NCBI RefSeq assembly: GCF_018977255.1
Contig: NW_024704760.1
Location: forward strand, 4,526,001 to 4,590,000
DNA length: 64,000 nt
Direction of reading: 5' to 3'
Source: Callorhinchus milii
Taxonomy: Eukaryota
This document shows positions 50,901 to 60,070 of this stretch, in pieces (position 1 is the stretch's first letter; each line of letters opens with the position of its first letter). The translations under genes and the position numbers were made by a program. Under the pieces are notes generated by a model, which worked only from the letters and a program-made list of their open reading frames with translations, did no database searches and was not told where the DNA came from.

Positions 50901-53469
50901 TTCGCAAGCTTGGCCCATTTGATCTCATCCTTTCAGAATACCTACCCTTCTGTCCTCCCTCCCATCACAGCATCAAGGTTTTTTTCTTTAAAAAAAACAT
51001 AGTTCAGTCTGCTGGCCTCAATCACCCTTAATGGCTGCCTGTTTGCGGTGGTTAATTACCCTCTGGGTAAAGAACTGCTTTCCGGTATCTGTTCTGAAAT
51101 TGTCGTTCAGCTTTAACTTTGCCCAGAGGTCTTACCATCTCTGCCCTGGAGCACAGCCTCATTTGGTAGATGTGGATGGTGAAGATGGCATGAGAACGGC
51201 TGCTCTCGGCGTTCATCTGCGTGCTGGCCGTGGTGCGAGAGAGCGCGCCAACCTTCAGGCACTGCATCATCTGCAGGAGGAAAGATGAGACAAGGAAGCC
51301 GTGCTTTCAAAGCAGCCGTTATCTGACCGAGATTAGGGTCAGCATCGTTATCAGTAGCACCGGACACAGCAGCAACTACACACAGGCAGCAACAGCAGCA
51401 GCAATTTACATTTGTACAGCGCCTTTCACATCGGGAGGACGTCCCAAGGCAAGACAGGGCTGCTGAGCTGCTCAATGCTGATTTAGAAGTAGGTCAAACA
51501 AGAACTATAGCATAACTAGATTCAGATCTGCTTCAATGATGTCCGGAGACACATAAAGTTGGAACACTGTCACTCTTCTCTGCTCAACCAACCTCCTCCT
51601 CTGAAGTAACGTTCCGCGAGGTGACTCCTGTGGTATAAATACTCCCATTTGCATCTTCGTGAATTCTTATGTTGCCTTTTCTGTACCGCGAATCCATCCC
51701 ACGGGCTCCGTCAAAGAGGTCCAGAATCTCTTCGTTGTAAAGCTGTCAAAAGAGAAAGGAAAGTCTCTTCACACACCGCTCTGAAGTACATAACATTACT
51801 ATATTAGCACCTTGGGGACACATTATTAATTTAGTTTCAATTTTATCCTGTAATTTACCACCCAATATTTTACTTTCAACATTACTAATGTTTTTGAATC
51901 TTTAATTCGCCCACCTTTGTTGAAATGAATTGGGGGAAGGAGAAATCTACCCTTTGTATTAATTGAAGCTTACCTCCTAACGAGTATATTACAAGTGCGT
52001 TAGTTAGACTTTTTCACCTGTGCTCTTGCTTATGAATCCGACCCAACTTTGAAATTACTTTGTCAAGCCTTGATTCGACTATCCACCATTTCTCTCCTCT
52101 CATTTCCCAAGGCGTTGAACAAAGCTATGGTACCTCTCTGCTGCCTCCTCTAAGTGGCTGTTCGTCCACTTCTTTGAACACGAGCCTTGGCAATACGTTA
52201 GTGCATTGAGAACCTATTGAATATCACATTACGAAATTTTCAACAGAAACCTATTGAGTATCTCATGACCAGATATTCAATAGGTTTCAAAGCACTAAAC
52301 TAATGTTAGGTATTGCTATCCCTACCTTTGTACCTAAATGAGTTCAACAATGCTACATCTGGAAGTATATCGGGAGCTTCTGGAGCTATTAGCACCTGAA
52401 ATATAATGAACATACCTCAAGGAACTGAGCGCTGACTTTGAACTCTGGTGGTGAGGTCCCTAGCGACTGAGCAGCTTGCTTTCGCTCTTTGATCCCAAGA
52501 AACAGATGTTTGATGGCACGTGGAATGATCCCCTTTTCTTCCACGCTGATGTTCAGGTCAAACCCTGTCCCCATGCTGTAGGTCTTCCCAGAACCAGTCT
52601 GGAAGCAAGGAATCAAGAATAGAACAGCTTAGGCCGAAAGCCAATTATAAATAATAATGATAGGATAGTATCAAAACTCTGCATGGTAATTACTGATTCT
52701 CATTTACTGTACTTCTCGTCTGAAGTTAATTAGAAACCTTTGATGAAATTGCAATCTTATTATAAAAAAAAGTTGCCAATTATTGATTTGAATCATATGA
52801 AAAACATTTTACAGGTTGACATTTCACCCTGTTCTCCTGGCGTACTGTTAACAGCTTGTCATGGCACCAAACTGACCGATTATTAATAATGATCCTTGCA
52901 TTTGATATAGTGGCTTGTCACATCTTCGAGACATCTCAAAGCGCTCCACAGAATATCCTGTCAAGTGAATTGACTCTATATTTCCAGGCGAAATGCAGCA
53001 GCCAATTGATCACAGCAACGTCCCACAAACAAACATTGAATGGGCAAATTATTTATTTTTTTTGAAGGGATTATTACCGCCGGAAAAGCAATCCCCCAAT
53101 CTATTAACAACCGGGTTCCAACTTACTGCGAGGTAAATAGAGGCGTGTGGAGTAAGGAAACTTGCCTAACGTTTGGCCCTGCCCAGGAATCGAACCCGGT
53201 CCTCTCAGTCGCGAGGTGAGCGCTCTAACCAATACTCTTCGATTACCTGTCCATAAGCAAACACTGTCGCGTTGTAGCCTTCGAAGCAGCCGTCCACGAG
53301 CTTGTACACGCAGGCATTGTAGATCTCCTCTTGCCTGGCCTCAGTGTCAAAGACAAAGTCGAACGTGAAGGCTTTGTCCTTGCCCAGGATGACTTGGGGC
53401 TCCCCAGGGGTGACGAGGGTACAGATGTGACACCCCTCGACCTTCTCTTTGCCTGACTGTGGGCGGATT
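18269..53469 (-). CDS. KIF21B: Kinesin-like protein KIF21B (multi-exon span; exon 1 not in window)
   Basis: P-loop GQTGSGKT, switch I SSRSHA, switch II DLAGSE, coiled coils and WD40 repeats. GT-AG exons with matching phases. C-terminus [27 protein letters not shown] is KIF21B-specific as recalled. Confidence 0.95.
18525..18770 (-). mobile_element. 5'-truncated Deu-domain SINE
   Basis: Body and tail shared with other copies. Confidence 0.8.
20402..20501 (-). CDS. KIF21B: KIF21B terminal exon A
   Basis: [35 protein letters not shown] acceptor, phase 2. Confidence 0.88.
21267..21466 (-). CDS. KIF21B: KIF21B exon 34
   Basis: [19 protein letters not shown]...[20 protein letters not shown], 200 nt, ends phase 2. 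Confidence 0.92.
21764..21934 (-). CDS. KIF21B: KIF21B exon 33
   Basis: KFEIAEG...[12 protein letters not shown]...[19 protein letters not shown], 171 nt. Confidence 0.92.
22045..22162 (-). CDS. KIF21B: KIF21B exon 32
   Basis: [19 protein letters not shown]...TGSKDHYVK, 118 nt. Confidence 0.92.
22880..23312 (+). mobile_element. L2-clade LINE 3' fragment
   Basis: Encodes [36 protein letters not shown] (L2 ORF2 C-terminus) and SLASFK, then C-rich 3' UTR, stem-loop and TTG/TTGTA tail. Confidence 0.8.
23335..23499 (-). CDS. KIF21B: KIF21B exon 31
   Basis: [12 protein letters not shown]...[12 protein letters not shown]...VRIWDLK, 165 nt. Confidence 0.92.
24690..24870 (-). CDS. KIF21B: KIF21B exon 30
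   Basis: [15 protein letters not shown]...[16 protein letters not shown], 181 nt. Confidence 0.92.
25441..25577 (-). CDS. KIF21B: KIF21B exon 29 (WD40 start)
   Basis: [45 protein letters not shown], 137 nt. Confidence 0.92.
27061..27084. repeat. (TTAA)6 palindromic microsatellite
   Basis: TTAATTAATTAATTAATTAATTAA. Confidence 0.9.
29051..29089 (-). CDS. KIF21B: KIF21B exon 28 (39-nt exon)
   Basis: [22 protein letters not shown]; matches recalled [13 protein letters not shown]. Confidence 0.88.
30714..30722 (-). CDS. KIF21B: Candidate 9-nt microexon of KIF21B (adds Tyr-Ala-Lys)
   Basis: TTGCTATGCTATGTGTAG|GTATGCCAA|GTAACA; phase 2/2, frame-preserving, upstream UGC motifs. Confidence 0.45.
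32472..32600 (-). CDS. KIF21B: KIF21B exon 27
   Basis: [43 protein letters not shown], 129 nt. Confidence 0.9.
33274..33578 (-). mobile_element. Near full-length tRNA-derived Deu-domain SINE
   Basis: Minus: GGAGTCCTGTAGCTCAGTGG (A box)...GAGTTCAATTCC (B box)...TTTGTGGGACATTGCTGTGCGCAATTGGCTGCC (Deu domain)...stem-loop tail + (TTA)n. Confidence 0.85.
33568..33661 (+). repeat. Perfect 47-bp tandem duplication
   Basis: ACAGGACTCCGATGCGGAGTCCTCCCTGCCTTCCCTCCCTGCCTTCC x2. Confidence 0.9.
34227..34319 (-). CDS. KIF21B: KIF21B exon 26
   Basis: [31 protein letters not shown], 93 nt. Confidence 0.87.
34445..34625 (-). mobile_element. 5'-truncated Deu-domain SINE
   Basis: Deu domain + tail. Confidence 0.75.
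34749..34930 (-). CDS. KIF21B: KIF21B exon 25
   Basis: [21 protein letters not shown]...PRSGNTF, 182 nt, phase 0 to 2; divergent low-complexity linker. Confidence 0.78.
35381..35438 (-). CDS. KIF21B: KIF21B exon 24
   Basis: [19 protein letters not shown], 58 nt, phase 2 to 0; required to join its neighbours in frame. Confidence 0.8.
35848..35908 (-). CDS. KIF21B: KIF21B exon 23
   Basis: [20 protein letters not shown], 61 nt, phase 1 to 2, GTGAGT donor. Confidence 0.85.
36759..36921 (-). CDS. KIF21B: KIF21B exon 22
   Basis: [20 protein letters not shown]...[12 protein letters not shown], 163 nt. Confidence 0.9.
37032..37133 (-). CDS. KIF21B: KIF21B exon 21
   Basis: [34 protein letters not shown], 102 nt. 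Confidence 0.91.
37630..37824 (-). CDS. KIF21B: KIF21B exon 20
   Basis: [10 protein letters not shown]...[24 protein letters not shown], 195 nt. Confidence 0.91.
38270..38605 (+). mobile_element. L2-clade LINE 3' fragment
   Basis: Same 3' end (GCTTTCAGCCTCTCTGCCCC..CTCTGGAAC..TTCAAG..CTCAAGACC). Other fragments at ~6920-7090, 33146-33270, 33660-33800, 36230-36395, 36480-36622 (+) and 27585-27750 (-). Confidence 0.78.
38642..38792 (-). CDS. KIF21B: KIF21B exon 19 (regulatory coiled coil)
   Basis: [50 protein letters not shown], 151 nt. Confidence 0.9.
38800..38867 (+). repeat. (GA)n microsatellite forming the polypyrimidine tract of exon 19
   Basis: (TC)n on the minus strand abutting the ...TAATGCAG acceptor. 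Confidence 0.9.
39231..39460 (-). CDS. KIF21B: KIF21B exon 18
   Basis: [18 protein letters not shown]...QWNRK...NGTRAA, 230 nt. Confidence 0.9.
39485..39650 (-). mobile_element. 5'-truncated Deu-domain SINE
   Basis: Deu domain + tail. Confidence 0.7.
40009..40077 (-). CDS. KIF21B: KIF21B exon 17
   Basis: [23 protein letters not shown], 69 nt. Confidence 0.92.
40568..40675 (-). CDS. KIF21B: KIF21B exon 16
   Basis: [13 protein letters not shown]...[11 protein letters not shown], 108 nt. Confidence 0.92.
41349..41548 (-). CDS. KIF21B: KIF21B exon 15
   Basis: [21 protein letters not shown]...EMRKTK, 200 nt. Confidence 0.92.
42220..42408 (-). CDS. KIF21B: KIF21B exon 14
   Basis: [31 protein letters not shown]...DRVLQNL, 189 nt. 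Confidence 0.92.
42851..42965 (-). CDS. KIF21B: KIF21B exon 13 (acidic)
   Basis: [38 protein letters not shown], 115 nt. Confidence 0.88.
43191..43272 (-). CDS. KIF21B: KIF21B exon 12
   Basis: [28 protein letters not shown], 82 nt. Confidence 0.88.
43674..43895 (-). CDS. KIF21B: KIF21B exon 11
   Basis: [19 protein letters not shown]...[11 protein letters not shown], 222 nt. Confidence 0.9.
44042..44290. mobile_element. Non-autonomous hAT-like DNA transposon (MITE)
   Basis: Terminal inverted repeat CAGTGGTGGC...GCCACCACTG (perfect over 14 bp including flanking AGAT/ATCT), subterminal GGCCCGCGGGCC typical of hAT-Charlie/Tip100 MITEs; no clean 8-bp TSD. Confidence 0.6.
44785..44848 (-). CDS. 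KIF21B: KIF21B exon 10
   Basis: [22 protein letters not shown], 64 nt. Confidence 0.9.
44918..44960 (+). repeat. (CA)n microsatellite
   Basis: Direct observation. Confidence 0.9.
45480..45605 (+). mobile_element. SINE 3' fragment
   Basis: CAGTCAATTCACTTTACAGTATATTCTGTGAAGCGCTTTGAG...CAAATGCAAGGATTATTATT. Confidence 0.8.
45672..45790 (-). mobile_element. SINE 3' fragment (inverted relative to the 45480 copy)
   Basis: Reverse complement of the same tail. Confidence 0.8.
45887..46076 (-). CDS. KIF21B: KIF21B exon 9
   Basis: [37 protein letters not shown]..., 190 nt. Confidence 0.91.
46323..46625 (-). mobile_element. tRNA-derived Deu-domain SINE
   Basis: B box GGTTCAATTCC, Deu domain, TTA tail. 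Confidence 0.85.
46762..46957 (-). CDS. KIF21B: KIF21B exon 8
   Basis: [33 protein letters not shown]...MEYKT, 196 nt. Confidence 0.93.
47268..47645 (-). mobile_element. tRNA-derived Deu-domain SINE
   Basis: A box TAGCTCAGTGG, B-like GATTCGATTCC, Deu domain, tail. Confidence 0.85.
47662..47777 (-). CDS. KIF21B: KIF21B exon 7
   Basis: [12 protein letters not shown]...[20 protein letters not shown], 116 nt, AAG acceptor. Confidence 0.92.
50091..50185 (+). mobile_element. Penelope-like element terminal fragment with degenerate minimal hammerhead motif
   Basis: CCGATGA-A-AGGTC-ATC-GACCC-GAAAC-GTTA then TCTCTCCACAGATGCTGCCTGACCTG, a repeat I recall as common in cartilaginous fish. Confidence 0.55.
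50268..50435 (-). CDS. KIF21B: KIF21B exon 6 (switch II)
   Basis: ...[40 protein letters not shown], 168 nt. Confidence 0.93.
51136..51270 (-). CDS. KIF21B: KIF21B exon 5 (switch I)
   Basis: [33 protein letters not shown]..., 135 nt. Confidence 0.93.
51593..51742 (-). CDS. KIF21B: KIF21B exon 4
   Basis: [11 protein letters not shown]...[21 protein letters not shown], 150 nt. Confidence 0.92.
52190..52316. repeat. Fold-back inverted repeat
   Basis: TTAGTGCATTGAGAACCTATTGAATATC ... GATATTCAATAGGTTTCAAAGCACTAA plus an internal third copy of AACCTATTGA. Confidence 0.75.
52416..52598 (-). CDS. KIF21B: KIF21B exon 3 (P-loop)
   Basis: [14 protein letters not shown]...SAQFLE, 183 nt. Confidence 0.93.
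52880..53235 (-). mobile_element. tRNA-derived Deu-domain SINE
   Basis: GGTTCGATTCC B box, body and tail. Confidence 0.8.
53247..53469 (-). CDS. KIF21B: KIF21B exon 2 (motor)
   Basis: [16 protein letters not shown]...[10 protein letters not shown], 223 nt, CAG/GTAATC. Confidence 0.93.
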
Positions 53470-56442
53470 CTGTGGGAAGGGAAGAAGAAAGAAAAATCTA
53501 AAATAAGCGTCTTGGCCGTACAATTTTTTTTACATTAAAAAAAGCGTTCAAAGCAAATATTTCCAGGAATTAAAGCGTACACTGCTCAACTTTTTTACCA
53601 GAAATATTCAAACTCCCTCTTGGTCTGAGCGACCACCTTTTGGGTAACATATCTTTATAAAACTTGTGCTTTAATTGCCCCGTATCTACACATCTTGATT
53701 TTCAAGAGAAATATGTCACAACAAATTTCTGGCTGAGGAAAAACGAACAGGAAAATGTGTTACAATGGTTGGGTCATAGGAAATCAATCACTTCCTATAG
53801 CTAGAAAATTGGGAACAAGGAAAATTAAGGTATAGGACAAGGCGGAGGATTATACGAGACGACAGCAACGGTCTGGGACCTTAATCAGCGGTGGAAAAAA
53901 AATGTCCGACACCTGGGTCATCACATCCCCACTGACATCAACTCCTGCCGGTTGCTCGCTATGCGCAAAAAGTGCTTCTCTCTTCACTTCCTGCCCGCCT
54001 CAGATACGCGCCCGTGTGAGGTGGCAACATCGGCGCTTCCTGCGCACATACGCAGGAAGTGACACCGTTGAAGCACGAGGGGTGCTACACAAATGCAAGT
54101 TGTTGTTGCTTCCTGGACGCAATGCCTTCGCGCGTGGAACAGTACAATCAACCAACGGAACAGAACAGTAAGATGAACCCTGAACGGCATTGGCAATCTT
54201 CTGCCGGGTACAATTCTACAGGGGGAAGGCAGGTGACAACTTTGGGGAGCGGAATGAATTTTTTTTATAAAAAAGCTAAAGCCGCCAAATTCAAATTCCA
54301 GGTGGCATCAGATATGAAGAACAACTACAGCAAAGTCAAAATAATCCTTCTCCCCCCACCAATATTACCGTCATCTTCAATTTAGCAAACGTGTAGCTCT
54401 TTATATTCATGACTGGACACGGCATTTCCATATAGCTCGAGACGCAAGCTGATATTGGGTTTGCTGACCCATCACCTTAAAATGCTGTCACGCAAAGCTG
54501 GGTCGAGAACGGCAGTACATTTTTCTATTAAATCCGCTGAGCCCAACTTATTCTACGAGACAAGACTATTTTGTTTGAAACGTTTAAGAACGTTAAAGCA
54601 AATCTGTAGTAAAATCTTCAAGCCTCAATTTGGAAGCTGGATTCCTTTTGAGAACTTTTAAGAACAACCGGGCTGGAGCGAGGGAGAAAGACTGGTCAAT
54701 TAAGATTGGATTAAAGGATTTTTTTTTTCGGGCGGGACTGGGGCGAGGGACCCTTCTGACCAATCACAAATCTTAAGATTCGTGGTTCTACGGGGTCAGA
54801 CGAGGTGGAATTTCAGGCCATTTACAGCAGATACAATCGGACTCCAGCGTTCCCATCGCAAACAACCAAGTTCCGAGGCAAGCGGACTGTGTTTGCAAAG
54901 TTCAGCAGTGTGAGATATTCACCAGGAAGGTCGTTCTCGATATTATTACTGTGTAGGGTTTCCTGGTATTGTCTAGTTTGTGTAAACACTTCCTCCTTTC
55001 CAGGAAAGATGGAACACATGACCGAGATATAATCCCGACTTTTAGATTTTCCTGCTACAAATGATCGTAAGTCCTGTTGGGGAAAGCCAGGAATATATAT
55101 ATATATATACACCCACACACTCTAAGTGATTGTTAACAAAGGCTAGGCGTTTAAATGGGACATCTCCGTCAGGGAGTGGTAAAGGAAAGGGAATTAGAGA
55201 TGCGCTCCATGGGGGAGTGTTAAACCAAGGAACTACTCTAGTGCTTCATTTAGTGTCTCTCTCCATGTTAGCTGTCCGACTCTCTCTCTATCCCTAATGG
55301 TGAAGCTTCTCACTTCTGTCTTAGGAACCACCTCTTACACACTTCAGTTGATTCCAGTAACACGCTCCCTTTTTACAGTAAGTCTGCACTGGTTGCATTT
55401 TCCTGTCACAATATTTATGAAGGAAGGAAACGCATTAAACCCTTGGGCTCATCGCATGAGTTACGCTTTCAGATGCTGACATTTCGTGAGAGCAAAAATC
55501 ACCTTGAAATTCAAAGATCACGCAGAATGCGTATTTTGTGGGCGAAATCATCTCTCATCGTCTCTAATTGACAGACTTAAGAGAGTGCGGAGTGAATCAA
55601 AATCTTATGATGAATGCTAACACTCTATACCTAAGAAAATCATACTGTGAACTATAAAAGGGTATGAGGATAATGATAATAATCCTTGCTTTTGATATAG
55701 CACCTTTGAGGCACCTCAAAGCGCTTCACAGAATATACTATAAAGTGAAACTGTATATTTTGTGGAGCAAAACTGAAGAAAGGAACTAAACAGATAGCTC
55801 TTTCACTGAGTCAGCATAAGACTCTGTAGCCCAATGGCCACCTTCTATGTATTAAATGGTTCTTTAGCATGTCCATGACCTTCGTATCCAATAGCTCCCT
55901 CCCCTCATCCCCAATGAGAAACCTTCAATGAATAATGGATGGCTCACAGAAACCGATGAGGGAAAAGGCCTTTTGCTGAGTTTTTCTGCACTTTCAAAGT
56001 ACAGTGCTATCGATAATAAATCAATGAATGCTTTTAAGTAATAAGGCATTGGCTTTCTAAAACAAATTGTAAGATGTCAGCCACAACACAATATCCATTA
56101 GCCAGGTTGGTCAAATTAAACCCTCCATTGAGTGATTGCATTCCACAGAATCTTTCTCCGTACTCAAGGATCTTTTACTGCTGATTCAATGCTGATTCAG
56201 CTCACAGTAGCAGCACTCACTGTCTGATTATCCCAAAGAGACGTTGGCCACTGAACCTGACAGGAAGCTCGCTCCCAGTGTCATTACAGACTCCAATTAT
56301 CGTACAGTAATAACAGTATGCTTCAGGAAATCACAGAACGATGTGTCAAGTATGATGCTCAGTTAATGAAATGCCTTAAAATCTACTACATCTGTACAAA
56401 CAGAGAGAGGTTCTATCCAGCCATTTGTTTTGATGGGAGAGT

Positions 56443-56473
<31 letters not shown>

Positions 56474-59400
56474 GGGGCCTGGGTGAAAATTCCTATGCAA
56501 GGTGGCATACATGTGTGGAACTCTAAGTCTGGTTACGATAGTCTTAAGCACAACGATGGGTTTCTGCATGCATCAGGTAATGTGTCAGGCACCCGGCTGA
56601 CCAAAAATAAGTTGTGCCAGCTTGGCTCAGTTGGTAACAGTTCCAAGTCTGCTTCCTGTTTCATCTGTAACTGATCGGAAATAGCATAGAGTCTGACGGG
56701 GTGGAGGAAGGGGTAGAAAACAACAAAGACATGTCTGAAAGTCATTGATGGGTGTGAAAGCTGATGGAATGAGGAAAGGCACTGGTCCATAACAACCAAA
56801 GTAGCTGCTCGTGGTATGCAAAGTCATTCCAGCAAAGTTAAAAACCATTTATGTAAATACCAGCCAATAATTTTGCTGTTGCTTCGCAGATACAAAGCCT
56901 CGACTGTTCCGCAAATAAAATAATTTGCACGGCTTTGAAGCAAATTGAACAAAAGAACTGGGATAAAATCCAGGCGTTTAGCAACTGAACAAGCAACAGA
57001 AAAAAAACCTTAGGAAACTAAGGTAACTACCACATAATAACTTAAGCCAATAAGTTGTTTCTGTGTTTGTGAAGGAACGGTGCACGTCATAATGTACACA
57101 TTTATTAGCAGGTGTTACTGCTTTCTTTTTTAAAGAAAATTCTGTACAACAAGGCTCGAATGCCTTTAGTTTCCAACTCCTGGTCTCCTCCCCCCCCACG
57201 CTGCAAGAGATCACTTAGAACAAAAAAGATTCTGCTGCCATTATCATAACCCACGGCATAAACTTCCACCAACTCCGCCTATTTATATAGTTCCCTTTAC
57301 ATAGAATACTTCACAAAGTCAGGGTCAGACAATGAGCAAAGGGAAGGGGGAAGGGACCAAAGACAAATAGAGGGGGGAATAATAATCCTTGCATTTGAAA
57401 AATCGCCTAAAAACTTCAAAACATCCCAAGGCCTCTTCTACAGGTAATTGGAGTGACTGAACGGTTGTAGGCAGCCGATTTGTGCACTGTACATTGCTGT
57501 CAAGTGCAGTGATTATAATAAAACTCGGATTAGCTTGTATCACCAAACGACGGGGAAAGCTTCACCAAGAGGACAACACCTACCACCCTGACTCGGCGGA
57601 TTCACTTCACAGTTGTTCCGACACTCTCTCTGACCCACACGTGCGTGGGATCAGGGAGCTGAGGGCCTTTGGAGAGAGGCCACGGATTATTGCCAGGAGT
57701 AACATTCCCAGAGAGTTTCCTCTAACAAAAAACAACAACCTTTTGGTGACCAAAGATCATCCACTTTTGCAATCTCTCCTGAAACATTCGGATACACAAG
57801 GGCAGCAGCACGCTTGTTCGATACGTCGCTTAACACGGTCAATGCTCCAAACAGTGCCTTCCTTTACGAGCCAGAGAGAGAGAGAGCTCTGCGCCAACAC
57901 TTTGGATTTTCAGCCACTCTGTTTCCAGATCAGACTTTTCACACAGGAAACAATGGACTTAGCAGCCATCTGTCTGAAACATCCGATTACTTCTCCCGAG
58001 AAACTGCTGAACGCGTTCTCTCAATGGTAAATGAACTCTTTTATGTAATAAACAAGTATCCAAATCAATTAGCACGGGACCTGCCTTAACAGGCACCTCC
58101 ACAGTTTGAGTTGCATAGCATTACTGAGCTACAGCAGGTTTTGACCAGTGTTAAAGTCAAGGCTTTAGAGGGACCCGAGAACAGGTGACGAAGTTCGCTG
58201 AGAGAGTCAGGGCCAGTGACCTGAATCTTCGTCCGCTATGAAAGTCTAGAGTCACACATCTCTGCACTGATGAGGTTTCAGCTTTCGATCTGAAAGCCTT
58301 CAAGGTTTTTCAGGTGGTCACGAAGATATATATAATAATATATAGATGCTAAGTATGGAACCAGCTCTGGAGGTTGGGGGGAATAAGAGAGAGCCTATTT
58401 GTTAACAGCACTTGCACATTTGCTGTCAAGTCACTTTACAGTATATTCCGTGAAGGGTTTTGAGACTCTCGAAGACATGATAAGGCGCCATATCAAAAAC
58501 AAGGATGATTATTATTATTATTATTATTATACTAGAGAACAATCTACCTAGGTTGCTGCTAGGGCAGTGAGGGAGGAGTGCTGTATGGAAATAGATAGCT
58601 GCTCTGCATTGCATCTCACAGCTCAGTTTCCTTTGGAGATGTAACGACACACACGGGTCAAGGGGCATTGGAATTCCCTGTCAAATCTCAATCAAAACTC
58701 TTAGTAGATGCACAAAGCAATGAAATGCTCGCACAGCTAGGAAAACCAATTTCTCAATCCGCGCCAAACCTTGGAGTTCTGCCAGGGCCGGTTCGGTTCA
58801 CAAGATTTCCAATCTAGGGGTCAGTCATCAATGTAAATCATCGGATGCGAATAAAGCAAATTAGCTCTTTTCCGTGATCCCCTTTAGATTAGTCAGCTCG
58901 TCATATTGGGAGGTCAAACGTCTTATGTTGTGAAATGTGATGGAGTGAATTAACCATCTTCCCGACGCGCACCTCTTTCCGCAGTGTGATTCCCTATCGG
59001 ATCCATTGCTGGTTTTTGGACTCTCTTCCTCTACAAAGCCTCTGATCATGTACTGAATATCCTCCTTGTACTGGTTGGACTTAACATTTCATGGAATGAG
59101 CTTCTTCAGGACGCTATCAATAGCACCTTACATTGAGGCAATGAGTGCAGCCATAGACCACAGCGAGGGGAGATGGATGGGAAGGGGGGGTGGGTGGATC
59201 AGCTGGGAAAGATCTGAGAAATCCGGGGGCGGGGAGGGAGAGTGGAGAATCTATTCCAACAAATTTTAATACAAGAACTTCACCTCCACTGCAACAGGAA
59301 GATTGAAGTGACGAGCATTAACCCTAGTTAATGGCAAGATCGCTGTGACGTCGCTGTGCAAAAAATTGGCTGCTGCGTTCGCCCACAAGACACACACAGT

Positions 59401-59939
59401 CACTCCGCTTTACAATGCATCCTGTGAAGCACTTAGAGATGTTCTCCTGAAGCGAGAGGCACTATACCAAATGCAAGGACTCGTTATAGGGACTTCACCA
59501 AGACCTTTCAAAAGAGAGTTAGAAAGTGTTCCTGCAAACCCCAACAAATCTTAACCAGCCAAACAACGGCTGTAACCCGCTATGGCAGGTCTTTGAAAGC
59601 TTATTTGAACTTCACTGTTGCGCGGCGTGGTTTCGAGTTTTAAGGGATAATAAATACTCAATGAATCATTTACACAATGATAATCACACACGAGTTTAAT
59701 GAAACTTCATTGCATTCCTAACCTTTGCAGAGAACAATCGATATTCTTATCGCTCAATCCGAAAATAATTACTGCTCATTTCGAATGTTTTTTCCTGCTG
59801 AAAATTATGTCAATTATGTAGTTGAAAGAGTTGCTTTCCTTCATTCAAACCTGCCCTCCCTTAAATTACTATCAAATTATTTAATTAGCGGAGGATGTTT
59901 ACAGGCAGAATTTACTCACCGTTATCAACATTCAAATCC

Positions 59940-60070
59940 AACATAGAAACCGGAGTAGGCCATTCAGCCCCTCGAGTCTGTTCAGCCATTTTATAAGATC
60001 ATGGCTGATCTGCACCTCAAGTCCAATTACCCTCCACTGCCCCATAACCCTTAAAACCCTGACCTGACAA
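59940..60070 (-). mobile_element. CR1-type LINE 3' end
   Basis: Reverse complement of the 62410 family; related fragments at 28285-28460, 37310-37480 and 48020-48230. Confidence 0.72.

Noticed and set aside
57482-58030. 182-aa plus-strand ORF
   Set aside because: GTG start inside a SINE remnant, no motifs, antisense intronic
58267-58315. CTGATGAG...GAAAGCC hammerhead-like string
   Set aside because: Stem II does not form in the required register and the cleavage triplet is poor
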